NCBI GenBank assembly: GCA_001443445.1
Contig: LDXN01000009.1
Span: 4,798-68,797, forward strand
Length of the DNA stretch: 64,000 nt
Source: Candidatus Dadabacteria bacterium CSP1-2
GTDB taxonomy: Bacteria > Desulfobacterota_D > UBA1144 > Nemesobacterales > CSP1-2
Direction: 5' to 3'
The translations under genes and the position numbers were made by a program. Below, piece by piece: positions 48,678 to 58,020 of the stretch (within the stretch, counting starts at the first letter, position 1; the number at the start of each line of letters is the position of its first letter). Below the pieces are notes generated by a model, which worked only from the letters and a program-made list of their open reading frames with translations, did no database searches and was not told the origin of the DNA.

Positions 48678-49571
48678 TCAATCCTCACTTACTTCTAAAT
48701 CAGCCTTTTCTCCTCGGAAAATAACCAGGAATACGACGCCAATTATAATCCCTGCTCCACCTATAAGCTTTATAACGGAGGGTAGGTCCTGAAAAATGAA
48801 ATAAGAAAAAAGAACAACAAAAAGGGATTCAAGGGGCATCACAGCGGTTGAGTGGGAAACGTCGAGAAGCTTGATTGACTGGAACTGACTTGCTTTTGCA
48901 ATATAGGCACCTGTGAGTCCACCAAAAGCCATAAATACTAAATCCCTTAACCCCGGCGCCTGAAACCTTTCTGTAATTATTAGATATACGAAAACTACGA
49001 TTGCTACTCCTAGGGCTCTTAAATTGGCTACAGTGAGCATATTTAAATCCTGTGCAAACTTTTTTACAAGAAAAGATAATAGAGAATAGAAAAAAGCTGA
49101 AAGTAGAGCCATGAACGTACCAAGAATCAGGTAGCCCTCTTCTTGATAGGCTACAATGACACCACCCGCAATAGTAAGCATTATCCCTATTGTTTCTCCT
49201 TTATTTAATCTTTCACCCAGGAACATAATCCCTAGTAACAAAGAGAAAAGGGTCTGGGATTTCATGAGAAATGACGTAAGCGGAGGCCCTATTGTTCTTA
49301 GAGAAAAAATCCAGAGCGCTGCTCCAATGGCAGTAACTATAGAGCTCAAGACAAATATAGTTACGTAATTTCTCAAATATCGAAGCTCTGTTCTCTGTGA
49401 AGGGATGAGCATTACGGCGAATATCGAAAAGAAAAACGCCCCAAAAAACCAAAAAAATATAACTGTCTCTGGATTTAAATCCTTATTTACAGCTTTTCCA
49501 AATACATAAGACAAAGCTGTAAAAAAAGCAGTCCCTACTAAAAAAATATAGCCCCTTAGTGGATATTTCAT
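48678..49571 (-). CDS. EamA/DMT-family transporter
   Basis: 297 aa with 10 hydrophobic segments arranged as two EamA halves. Confidence 0.75.
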   Translation of the reverse strand: MKYPLRGYIFLVGTAFFTALSYVFGKAVNKDLNPETVIFFWFFGAFFFSIFAVMLIPSQRTELRYLRNYVTIFVLSSIVTAIGAALWIFSLRTIGPPLTSFLMKSQTLFSLLLGIMFLGERLNKGETIGIMLTIAGGVIVAYQEEGYLILGTFMALLSAFFYSLLSFLVKKFAQDLNMLTVANLRALGVAIVVFVYLIITERFQAPGLRDLVFMAFGGLTGAYIAKASQFQSIKLLDVSHSTAVMPLESLFVVLFSYFIFQDLPSVIKLIGGAGIIIGVVFLVIFRGEKADLEVSED

Positions 49572-49640
49572 TGTTTTTATCTTGATTTTTATCTTCAGTT
49601 TAGTAAGTCACTCATTTTTTATTTGCCGTTTGTAACTATT

Positions 49641-49848
49641 TAGCCACAAATGAACAGGCTCCAATGACCATATACAAAACAAACTAAAAATCTCAAGCAC
49701 TAAATATCAAACAAATCTTAATTTCCAAGTATCAAATTCCAAACAAATTCTAAATCAAGAATAAATACAAGATTCATTCTAGCCTCGTTTCATTTTGATT
49801 TGTTTGGGATTTGGAATTTGTGATTTCATTCGTGTCAATTCGTGGCTA
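49641..49848. repeat. About 208-nt imperfect palindrome built of heptads, with TAGCCAC[A/G]AAT termini
   Basis: The left end tagccacaaatgaac pairs with the right end attcgtggcta. The right arm reads atttgtt tgggatt tggaatt tgtgatt tcattcg tgtcaat tcgtggc. In the left arm, units end cca/tca/cca/aat/aat/aat/aca/tca every 7 nt. Confidence 0.8.
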
Positions 49849-50779
49849 AATTATTAGTATCCTTTCTTCGCCACCACCAAGCTAGTGCAGATCCGGAGAT
49901 GTTATGCCATACGCTAAACATAGCAGATGGAAGTGCAGCAAGTGCCCCAAAGTGGGTTCTTGCAAGCGCTACACCAAGCCCAGAGTTTTGCATTCCAACC
50001 TCAATTGATACAGCACGAGCCTTTGAGATATCCATCCTAAACAACCTTGCAATATAAAAACCAAGAAAAAGCCCTATTGTGTTATGAAGTACAACAGCTA
50101 TTCCTGTTTTTAGACCAATTCCTCGAAGAGATTCTGCATTTGCTGCTACTATTACTCCAACAATAAATATAATTGTAAGTGAAGAAACCAGAGGAAGGAC
50201 TTGAGCCGCATTATCAACCTTTTCCTTGAATAAACCTCTTATTCCAAGACCGAGTACTACAGGAAGTAGAATAATCTCAACCGTAGAAATAAATAACTTT
50301 AAAACGGGGACAGAAATCCATTGTCCTGCAAAGAGATACGTAAAAAGTGGAGTGAATATCGGAGAAAAAATAGTAGAAACCGAGGTCATAGTGACAGAGA
50401 GAGCGACATCTCCTCTTGCAAGATAAGTAATGACATTTGAAGCAGTTCCACCAGGACACGAACCTACAAGGACAACCCCTGCTGCAAGAAGGGGTGTAAG
50501 CCCTAGTATCTTCGCGAGCGCGAACCCCGTAAATGGCATCACTCCATACTGCGCACAAAAACCTACCAACACATCCTGTGGTCTTTGAAATATTCTCTTG
50601 AAATCCTCACCACGGAGTGTAATTCCCATTCCGAACATTATTACTCCTAACGCAGGAGTAATTAGATAGGCAAGCTTTGCAAACTGTTTTGGATAAAAAT
50701 AGGTAATTATGGAAAAAGCGATTATCCAGAAGGTGAAAAAATTTGTAAAGACGCTATTTAAAAACCTAAGAGTGCTCAA
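49835..50779 (-). CDS. Bile acid:sodium symporter (BASS/SBF) family transporter
   Basis: 314 aa, polytopic, with the motif GSCPGGTASNV. TTG start is uncertain. The last 6 codons and the stop lie inside the repeat terminus. Confidence 0.75.
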   Translation of the reverse strand: MSTLRFLNSVFTNFFTFWIIAFSIITYFYPKQFAKLAYLITPALGVIMFGMGITLRGEDFKRIFQRPQDVLVGFCAQYGVMPFTGFALAKILGLTPLLAAGVVLVGSCPGGTASNVITYLARGDVALSVTMTSVSTIFSPIFTPLFTYLFAGQWISVPVLKLFISTVEIILLPVVLGLGIRGLFKEKVDNAAQVLPLVSSLTIIFIVGVIVAANAESLRGIGLKTGIAVVLHNTIGLFLGFYIARLFRMDISKARAVSIEVGMQNSGLGVALARTHFGALAALPSAMFSVWHNISGSALAWWWRRKDTNNLATN

Positions 50780-50965
50780 GGTGACGTTGGATGCAAAAGT
50801 TTTTCAAATAACGTAAAAATTTACACAGGACTTACTTTTCCTTATCAGATGACTTCTAATTAATCTCATTGATTTTCTAAAAACCCTTTAATAGCATTTC
50901 GGGTTCTAATGCGGTATAAACTTGAAGGAATGGTATAAAATATCCTAATCAAATATACTTAGCAA

Positions 50966-51808
50966 ATGAAATTTGGCGCTCACGTATCTATTGCAGGGGG
51001 GATTCTTCATGCCCCATCTCGTGCTTATAAACTAGGCTGCGAGTGTTTTCAGATTTTTTCAAGATCCCCTCAGGGTGGTAAATCACCCAGACCAGATAAA
51101 ATTACAGTTGAGGATTTTCTAAAGGAATGTTCCAAATATAACTTCACACATTATTACATTCACACACCCTATTACATAAACCTTGCTTCACAAAATGTAG
51201 GAATAAGGGATTCCTCAGTCTCAATCATAAAGGAAGAGATACAAAGAGGTAGCCTTATCGGAGCAAAATACGTTGTAACTCATCTAGGAAGTGCAAAGGA
51301 ACTAGGAGAATCAGAAGGGCTAAAAAAGGTTATTGATGGCCTCAAGGAAATCTCGGACTCTGATTCACATTCAACGAAGCTCTTGATAGAAAACTCTGCA
51401 GGACAGGGAGCCACTCTAGGTGATAAACTTGAAAAGCTTGCTGAGATTCTTGAGATGGTTGACCACCCTGACCTCGGAATATGTCTTGACACAGCACATC
51501 TCTTAGCTTCTGGTTACGATGTTAGGACAGAGGAGGCGGTAATAAAAATCCTAGATGAATTTACTCATATTGTAGGGTTAGATAGATTAAAACTCATACA
51601 TGGAAACGACTCAAAGGTTGGGCTTGGCGAAAAGAAGGATAGACATGAACACATAGGCAAGGGGAAGATTGGAATCGAGGGTTTCAGGACAATAGTTAAC
51701 GAACCACGTCTCAAAGATATTGACATAATAATCGAGACCCCGTTAGATAAGGTAGGAGATGATATTAAGAATTTAAAAAGATTGAAAGGCTTAAAGAAAA
51801 AGAAATAA
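50966..51808 (+). CDS. nfo: Endonuclease IV
   Basis: 280 aa with MKFGAHVSIAGG and the metal-ligand His/Asp/Glu pattern (HGNDSK, IETP). Confidence 0.9.
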   Translation: MKFGAHVSIAGGILHAPSRAYKLGCECFQIFSRSPQGGKSPRPDKITVEDFLKECSKYNFTHYYIHTPYYINLASQNVGIRDSSVSIIKEEIQRGSLIGAKYVVTHLGSAKELGESEGLKKVIDGLKEISDSDSHSTKLLIENSAGQGATLGDKLEKLAEILEMVDHPDLGICLDTAHLLASGYDVRTEEAVIKILDEFTHIVGLDRLKLIHGNDSKVGLGEKKDRHEHIGKGKIGIEGFRTIVNEPRLKDIDIIIETPLDKVGDDIKNLKRLKGLKKKK

Positions 51809-51848
51809 TATTTCATAGATTAATTTTCAAACAAGGAGGTAAGATCGT

Positions 51849-52259
51849 GTGAAACGCTTAGCTATTCTTGCTTTGATGATAGCCATCATTTCACTTGCTA
51901 TGAGCTACACAAGTTCTAACCAGATCAAGGAACTACAAAGTGAGCAAAAGCAAATTTCCGACGATTTGTTAAAACTTAAGCAAGAGATCGCAAAGACATG
52001 GCAAAGTGCTGAGCAATCCGGGAGTGCTAAGCCTGTGTGGCCCAAGTACTATGATGCAACAGGTGTATTAAAATCCATGTCAGAAAATCGCATTGTTGTA
52101 GATGAAGATGAAATACCGGGTTTTATGAAAGCAATGATAATGAGCTACGAGGTTGAAAAGCCAGAACAACTAAAGGGTCTTAAAGAAGGAGATAAGGTTA
52201 AATTTAAACTCAAAGAAACAGAAAACGACCTAGCCGTTTTAGAGATTCAGAAGCAATAA
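51849..52259 (+). CDS. CusF-like periplasmic metal-binding protein
   Basis: 136 aa with GTG start after AGGAGG, a signal/TM segment, and a C-terminal domain GVLKS...IPGFMKAMIMSYEV...GDKVKFKL resembling the CusF fold. Confidence 0.55.
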   Translation: MKRLAILALMIAIISLAMSYTSSNQIKELQSEQKQISDDLLKLKQEIAKTWQSAEQSGSAKPVWPKYYDATGVLKSMSENRIVVDEDEIPGFMKAMIMSYEVEKPEQLKGLKEGDKVKFKLKETENDLAVLEIQKQ

Positions 52260-52367
52260 TCCTTTATTATGAGTTATACCGATTACAATAGGAAAGTGTT
52301 TATGCATGATTATGTTAGGAAAACAAACCATATGAGCAGCTTCTGGCTGCGATTTAGACGCACCAGG

Positions 52368-52690
52368 CCTGTCCTGAGCCTGACGAAGGGATGGTGATCC
52401 TACGTGGGTTTTTTATTAATGTAGGAGCAGCATCTTGCTGCGAATCGGCTTGGCAAAAGAAAGATTTCTCCTGGAGCCTGCACTGAGTGAATCGAAGTGG
52501 TCGAAATGACACACTCTCTTGTCATCTCGAACGAGTGTGAGAGATCTTTCGTATTCCTTTTTAAAAGAAATTCTATATTCGCGCCAAGATGGCGCTCCTA
52601 CATTAAACTATTTCATCCAATTTCTATGGTAGGGACTGATGCCCTCATCAGTCCAAATTATAAATGCCCATTCTGGGGAATGGGCGCTAC
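52368..52690. repeat. Cluster of mosaic GC-rich words and four GTAG-hairpins
   Basis: cctgtcctgagcctgacgaaggg lies at 52368-52390. GTAG hairpins are gtaggagcagcatcttgctgc (52421-52441), gcgccaagatggcgctcctac (52581-52601), gtagggactgatgccctcatcagtcc (52629-52654) and gcccattctggggaatgggcgctac (52666-52690). Confidence 0.75.
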
Positions 52691-52783
52691 AATTTATTCG
52701 TCGTAACCTAAATATCGTTTATTATTGTTATGCATAAATTCATAACAAAATAGCCGAGAATACCTATTTAAAGCGAAGTAAAC

Positions 52784-53959
52784 ATGCAAGATACTATTTC
52801 CTGGATTGACGAGGAATTAAAACAGATCAAAGATAAAAATCTGTTTCGTATATTAACTGAACTCCAAAGCGGGCAGTCACCAGAGATCATTATCGCAGGG
52901 AAGCGTTACATACTGCTTGCTTCAAATAGCTACCTAGGACTCACAACTGATCCCAAGGTTAAAGATGCAGCACAAAGAGCTTTAGAAAAGTACGGAACAG
53001 GCTCTGGAGGCTCACGTCTTGTAAGCGGAAGCTCTGATCTTCATAGAGAGCTAGAGGACAGGATTGCCGATTTCAAGAAAACCGAGGCGGCAATACTTTT
53101 TAGCTCTGGCTATCTGGCAAATGTAGGGGCTATTTCTGCTCTGGTTGGACCAGGAGATGTGATTTACAGCGATGAACTTAATCACGCATCCATCATTGAC
53201 GGATGCCGACTTTCTCATGCCGAAATAAAGATATATAAACATTGTGATGTGGAGCTTCTAGGTTCTCTTATATCTTCGGATAAGTCCAGAAATAAAAAAC
53301 TGATAGTGACGGATACCGTTTTTAGTATGGATGGGGACTTAGCGCCTCTTCCTGAGTTAGTTGAACTCGCTGAAAAATATGGCTGCATGCTAATGATTGA
53401 TGAAGCGCACGCAACAGGGGTTTTGGGGAAAAGGGGAAGCGGTGCCACAGAATACTTTAGTGTAGAAGACAGAGTTCCGATAGTTATGGGAACGCTTTCT
53501 AAAGCCGTTGGGTCTCTAGGCGGTTATGTTGCAGGAAGCAGAACGCTGATTGACTTTCTAAGAAACCGAGCACGGACTTATATCTTTGATACATCTCTTC
53601 CAGCAAGTTCCCTTGCAGCCTCTCAAGCTGCAATTGATATTATCGAGTTTGAACCTGAGAGAAGGAAGTATCTGTGGTATCTCATAGAGAAATTTAAATC
53701 AGGACTTAAAAATATTGGACTGGAATTGCTTACTTCCCATTCTGCTGTTATTCCGGTTTTGATTGGTGAAGCTCAGCCAACACTTGATTTTGCACGTCTG
53801 CTTCGTGAAAATGGGGTATTTACACCTGCTGTTCGTCCGCCTTCAGTTCCACCCGGCAAGTGCCGTATCCGCGCCACTCTCATGGCGACACACGAAGAGG
53901 AGCATATTGAATTGGCACTACGTGCATTTAAAGGGGCACGCGATTCAGTCCTAAAGTAA
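52784..53959 (+). CDS. bioF: 8-amino-7-oxononanoate synthase / 2-amino-3-ketobutyrate ligase family (PLP)
   Basis: 391 aa with SNSYLGL, DEAH and the PLP-Lys motif GTLSKAVG. Confidence 0.8.
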   Translation: MQDTISWIDEELKQIKDKNLFRILTELQSGQSPEIIIAGKRYILLASNSYLGLTTDPKVKDAAQRALEKYGTGSGGSRLVSGSSDLHRELEDRIADFKKTEAAILFSSGYLANVGAISALVGPGDVIYSDELNHASIIDGCRLSHAEIKIYKHCDVELLGSLISSDKSRNKKLIVTDTVFSMDGDLAPLPELVELAEKYGCMLMIDEAHATGVLGKRGSGATEYFSVEDRVPIVMGTLSKAVGSLGGYVAGSRTLIDFLRNRARTYIFDTSLPASSLAASQAAIDIIEFEPERRKYLWYLIEKFKSGLKNIGLELLTSHSAVIPVLIGEAQPTLDFARLLRENGVFTPAVRPPSVPPGKCRIRATLMATHEEEHIELALRAFKGARDSVLK

Positions 53960-53996
53960 CGTGAGTTTAACGTAATGGAATAGATTCGTTCCAAAA

Positions 53997-54080
53997 ATCA
54001 GACAGGAATGTCTGATCCACCAACCATTTGTGTATGTCTATAACATCGGGTATCCGGTAGTACAGACATTCTTGTCTGTT
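53997..54080. repeat. Two CAGACA..TGTCTG hairpins, the second GTAG-prefixed
   Basis: The hairpins are atcagacaggaatgtctgat (53997-54016) and gtagtacagacattcttgtctgt (54058-54080). Confidence 0.7.
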
Positions 54081-54181
54081 CTATACTCGATATAGGCAGA
54101 GAGGATGAACCATATTGCGGCTGGAAGCCACTCTTACATCTTAATGTTACACTTTTCCAATTTTCGGGGATCCAACCGCAC

Positions 54182-54290
54182 TGTCATTCCCAAATGCAGT
54201 TATTGGGAATCCAGTAAAAACTCAACTGGATACTCGATACAAGCATTAGGGTATGACATTTTGAGTAGGAGCGCCATCCCTCCCTGGCGC
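54182..54290. repeat. GTCATTCCC...GGGAATCC hairpin plus a GTAG hairpin
   Basis: The hairpins are tgtcattcccaaatgcagttattgggaatcc (54182-54212) and gtaggagcgccatccctccctggcgc (54265-54290, stem gcgcca/tggcgc). Confidence 0.7.
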
Positions 54291-54442
54291 GATAATGTGA
54301 TGGTGGGGTTGGAAAACCTTATCTATCGGAATTGGTGGCAAAATCAATTATAATCGATTGAGGCTATTATCAAAAATCACCTAAACGTTATTAACGAGAA
54401 AAAACTGGAGTGGGTTGAACAATCGCATGGCAAAAATTTAGT

Positions 54443-54865
54443 TTGCGCAGAAAATCACTAAGTGCAGCCACCGAAGGCAAGAAACTAGGTTGTAGTTTAT
54501 ATGAAGTACCGCCGGAGAAAAGAGCATTGCCTTATCACTATCATTCGGCAAATGAGGAAGCAATCTACATTTTAGAAGGTAAAGGGACGCTTCGAATGGA
54601 TGGAGAAGAAATTGGAATTTCTAAAGGAGACTACATAACATGTCCTGCAGGAAGTGGGGCACATCAAATCATCAATTCTTCGGATAATATACTTCGGTAC
54701 CTATGTTTCTCCACTATGTTAGAACCAGATGTGATAGTTTATCCTGATTCTAATAAGATTGGTATCTTTGTTGGTTCTGCACCAGGTGGCCCTAAGGAGA
54801 AACGCACCGTGCATAAATATCTACGAGGTGACGCTGAGGTTGATTATTGGGATGTTGAGGAATAA
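54443..54865 (+). CDS. Cupin-domain protein; the N-terminus appears frameshifted
   Basis: Cupin_2 pattern PYHYHSANEEAIYILEG. The expected N-terminal part (NVINEKKLEWVEQSHGK) lies in another frame upstream and joins at an A5 run (54432-54436). Confidence 0.65.
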   Translation: MRRKSLSAATEGKKLGCSLYEVPPEKRALPYHYHSANEEAIYILEGKGTLRMDGEEIGISKGDYITCPAGSGAHQIINSSDNILRYLCFSTMLEPDVIVYPDSNKIGIFVGSAPGGPKEKRTVHKYLRGDAEVDYWDVEE

Positions 54866-55884
54866 TTGTAACCTACTGTAACATTCTTGTCATTATCTTT
54901 GCTATTGTAAAAAGTTAATTTCTTGTGACGGAAGAAGAAAGAAAATATTCTCTTCCACCGTTTTTTCCTTTCCTTCTCCTCTTTCTCAGGCTCATTGTCT
55001 TTACTTAGTTGCTGTAAGAAGCTAAGTATAATTTTATTAAACTCCTCAGCCTTCTCGATAAATAGGAGATGCCCTGTTCCTTCAAGAGTTATAAATCTTG
55101 AATTCGGAATCTCTTCTGCAAGCCGCATTGATCTTTCAGGTGGTACGACTCTATCCTCACATCCAGTTATCACAAGTGTTGGGGCTTTTATTAGATGCGC
55201 CCTATCAGCCGCGTCAAAGTTCATTCCAGCCATAAATTGACGTTTCCATGCATAGTATGGCTGTCGGTTAGCAAGCCTCAAGTCTACAATGCGGTCAACT
55301 TCCTCAGTATGGGTTCTAAGGTATTCTGGTGTAAAAGCTAAAGAAAGCCCGTAACGAATCTTTTCTTTAGGCGTTAAGCCAAGGGAGTTAGCCAAAGGCA
55401 TAGGGACACTGCCTTTATTACTAAATTCGAGCACATCAGGCATTAATCCCCATAATTTTATAAAAGTGTTCCAGAGGTTGGAACCCCTAGGCATACTACC
55501 TTCTCCTCCACAGCTCGTTGAAACTAAAACAAGACTCCTTACCATATCTGGATACCTTAGAGCCAACTCTTGGGCAATAAAGCCACCCATAGAGACCCCA
55601 AGAACATGGGCTGAATCTAGCCCAAGGGCTTTGAGAAAACCTGCCGCATCATCTGCCATTGTTTCTATTGTGTACTCGCTATCGGGTTTATCGGTATTTC
55701 CAACCCCACGGTTGTCAAAAACAATAACTTTATATTCTCTGGAAAAAGCAGGAATCTGGCTAAACCACATCCAACTTGAGTAGCCGAGCCCCTCTATTAG
55801 AAGAAGGGGCTCACCTTCTCCATGAATTTCATAGTAGATATTGATGTCGTTTACTTCTACCTTGCCGGAGTTAGGATTTTTCAT
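54844..55884 (-). CDS. Alpha/beta hydrolase (3-oxoadipate enol-lactonase-like)
   Basis: 346 aa with the nucleophile elbow GVSMGG, the typical N-terminus INIYYEIHGEGEPLLLIEG, and a Lys/Glu-rich tail. Confidence 0.8.
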   Translation of the reverse strand: MKNPNSGKVEVNDINIYYEIHGEGEPLLLIEGLGYSSWMWFSQIPAFSREYKVIVFDNRGVGNTDKPDSEYTIETMADDAAGFLKALGLDSAHVLGVSMGGFIAQELALRYPDMVRSLVLVSTSCGGEGSMPRGSNLWNTFIKLWGLMPDVLEFSNKGSVPMPLANSLGLTPKEKIRYGLSLAFTPEYLRTHTEEVDRIVDLRLANRQPYYAWKRQFMAGMNFDAADRAHLIKAPTLVITGCEDRVVPPERSMRLAEEIPNSRFITLEGTGHLLFIEKAEEFNKIILSFLQQLSKDNEPEKEEKERKKRWKRIFSFFFRHKKLTFYNSKDNDKNVTVGYNYSSTSQ

Positions 55885-56335
55885 TTTGTTTAATTAAATG
55901 GGGTGGTAATTTTTCTGGTTTAAAATCTTTAAGTTTCACGTTTTCTTTCTTCTTCGCTTTTTCATCTATTTCCATAAAAACTTCTTTTGCGGCGTACATA
56001 GCGTTAAGTGCTGCTGGAAAACCTGCATAAACTGCCATTTGAATGATTATTTCGATAATCTCTTGGCGTGATACCCCGACGTTAAGTGCCCCATGAATAT
56101 GCACCTTCAATTGTGGAATGGCGTTACCTAACGCTACGAGCGCAGCAAGGGTAGCAATCTCCCTTGATTTCAAATCTAATCCTGGACGATTGTAAATATC
56201 TCCGAATGGGAATTCGAGTATATAGCGAGCTAAGTCAGGGTCAAGCTCTTGTAGTCGCTCAATGATCTGTTCTCCTTTGTCGCCTTTAATTTCTTTAAAC
56301 TTTTCTATTCCGATTTCATATCTATCTTTATTCAT
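55871..56335 (-). CDS. Carboxymuconolactone decarboxylase (CMD/AhpD-like) family protein
   Basis: 154 aa with the block LDLKSREIATLAALVALG. Overlaps the hydrolase gene by 14 nt. Confidence 0.75.
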   Translation of the reverse strand: MNKDRYEIGIEKFKEIKGDKGEQIIERLQELDPDLARYILEFPFGDIYNRPGLDLKSREIATLAALVALGNAIPQLKVHIHGALNVGVSRQEIIEIIIQMAVYAGFPAALNAMYAAKEVFMEIDEKAKKKENVKLKDFKPEKLPPHLIKQNEKS

Positions 56336-56606
56336 ATAGTTCTCCTTTTATTCTGATGCTTTTAAGAAAATTTTATAAGTTGTTTTCGCCCCTTTCGTTT
56401 TTTGCTTCTTTCTGAAAGCATTGAACAAATAAATTGTATCCTTTAATTTAGTTTAAAATTAATTTGTCATTCTGACACTTAAAATAAGCTTAGAGATTAA
56501 AGTGCAATAAACACACCTCTCTCTTGCCTCATAAATTGTTTGAAGAAGCCTTAATGAATGTTGATATAGTTTATAGACTGAACATAGTTGTGAGTGATTT
56601 AAAGAA

Positions 56607-56972
56607 CTAATTATGAAATGTAGTTACCGTAGAATGCTGCTCAATTAGCTGTTGAGGAGCCTCTCCCTTAGCCCGGGCTTCTATAAGAGCAAGTAGTCTG
56701 CTTTTTAACTCTTCATCGGGAAGACAGACTCCTGGAAGTATATACCCTAAAAGAGCAATCTCTAGGAAATACTCCACGTTTGCGTTTAGGAGATCACTTG
56801 GATATGCATCACCATACTGCTTAAACATATTCCAGTAAATCGTATCCCTGAGTTCTTTAGCTGCTTCTGAAACATTACCCGTTTGCCCTTTTTGCTGCTT
56901 CATCCACACACCCAGGTTAAATGCTATTACAATTGATTCTTTGAGGCTATGCCCCTTAATCTTCTCTTGCAT
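56607..56972 (-). CDS. Hypothetical protein
   Basis: 121-aa ORF with no recognisable motif. Confidence 0.4.
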   Translation of the reverse strand: MQEKIKGHSLKESIVIAFNLGVWMKQQKGQTGNVSEAAKELRDTIYWNMFKQYGDAYPSDLLNANVEYFLEIALLGYILPGVCLPDEELKSRLLALIEARAKGEAPQQLIEQHSTVTTFHN

Positions 56973-57081
56973 AAAAGTAACTCACCTCCTGTGACCTATA
57001 GCTCAATATCAATTCAACTATTTCTGTCACACATCCCCTGTTAACTCGACAATTTCCTGTACCTTGCTGCATGGTGCCCAG

Positions 57082-57148
57082 TGTCATTCCGAGCACAGCG
57101 AGGAATCTCAAATGGATTGCTTCGTTCGTTTTACTCCCTCGCGATGAC
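57082..57148. repeat. GC-rich mosaic repeat (TGTCATTCCGAGC..GAGGAATCTC + GATTGCTTCG...CGCGATGAC)
   Basis: Same word set as 39587-39661 and 58896-58970. Track ORF 57081-57293 is its translation. Confidence 0.6.
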
Positions 57149-57194
57149 GCCCTTTTCTGTCAATGACCAAATGTGGATCATTGTCCCAGTCAAG

Positions 57195-57602
57195 TTAAAC
57201 TCTGAACAAGCCTATATAATCGTCAATAAGAGAAAAACCTTTCTCTACATTCTTCTGCGCGATATTATGAGTTTCTTTCGTAAACTTATCTGAGACTTTT
57301 CTAGCTGACTCTACGTATTCTTTCTGAATAGTTACAAAGCGATCAACTGAGTTCCCATTCGAGAATGTTGCCAATTCCTTTGGAAACTTATCAGAGAATT
57401 CTCTTCCAGCCTTGATGAATTCCTGCTGAAGATTAAGCCACTGATCAACCTGAGCGTTTAAAACCTTTTGATTCTCTTCCCAAAGTGATAGAGCGAACTC
57501 TACACCATTTATATAATTTTCTTTCACTAGTCCTGTCATTCCTTTTACAGTCTCAGTGAAGTCCTTTACTTTTTGTGTTTCTTTTGTTGCGGCCATTTTC
57601 AT
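57195..57602 (-). CDS. Hypothetical coiled-coil protein, possibly phasin-like
   Basis: 135 aa, all-helical and Lys/Glu/Gln-rich, with AGGAGG before the ATG. The phasin assignment is a guess from composition and nearby thiolase/reductase genes. Confidence 0.3.
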   Translation of the reverse strand: MKMAATKETQKVKDFTETVKGMTGLVKENYINGVEFALSLWEENQKVLNAQVDQWLNLQQEFIKAGREFSDKFPKELATFSNGNSVDRFVTIQKEYVESARKVSDKFTKETHNIAQKNVEKGFSLIDDYIGLFRV

Positions 57603-57630
57603 GTCCTCCTGTTTAATTTGTCTTAACTAC

Positions 57631-57659
57631 AATATAATACAGGTGTAGACACTTGTCAA
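57631..57659 (-). promoter_or_regulatory. Candidate sigma-70 promoter for the 57195-57602 gene
   Basis: On the minus strand: TTGACA (57659-57654), a 17-nt spacer, then TATATT (57636-57631). Confidence 0.5.
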
Positions 57660-57665
57660 GAGAAA

Positions 57666-57683
57666 ATTTCGCAAATGCGAAAT
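57666..57683. promoter_or_regulatory. Perfect 8+8 palindrome ATTTCGCA-AA-TGCGAAAT just upstream of the -35 box
   Basis: Checked base by base. Its position is typical for an operator or activator site. Confidence 0.4.
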
Positions 57684-57893
57684 GATTTTAAATTATATAT
57701 TATTGGAAACATTAAGTAATTTATCTATAATATTTTTTATAATTGCAATTGCTAGTAAAATACCAGCTAAATTATACTTCTATAAATCGTTTTCCGCATT
57801 ATGAGCAGGAGCATAGTAACTACTTTGATCTGTCCTCTGGTATAAAAGAATCTTTCTCTATTTGTTTCCTTCTAAGGGCAAGGGCTCAGCAAG

Positions 57894-57915
57894 CCTGTCC
57901 TGAGCCTGTCGAAGG
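57894..57915. repeat. CCTGTCCTGAGCCTGTCGAAGG word
   Basis: 21 of 22 positions identical to 52368-52389. Confidence 0.6.
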
Positions 57916-58020
57916 AAAGCTGCTCATACTGGGTATCTGCCATCGCTTTCAAGTTGACTTTTTTCCCACATTACTTTAAAGTTTCTCTGGAAAAATTAAG
58001 AAAAGAGAGGTGTCATTCAC

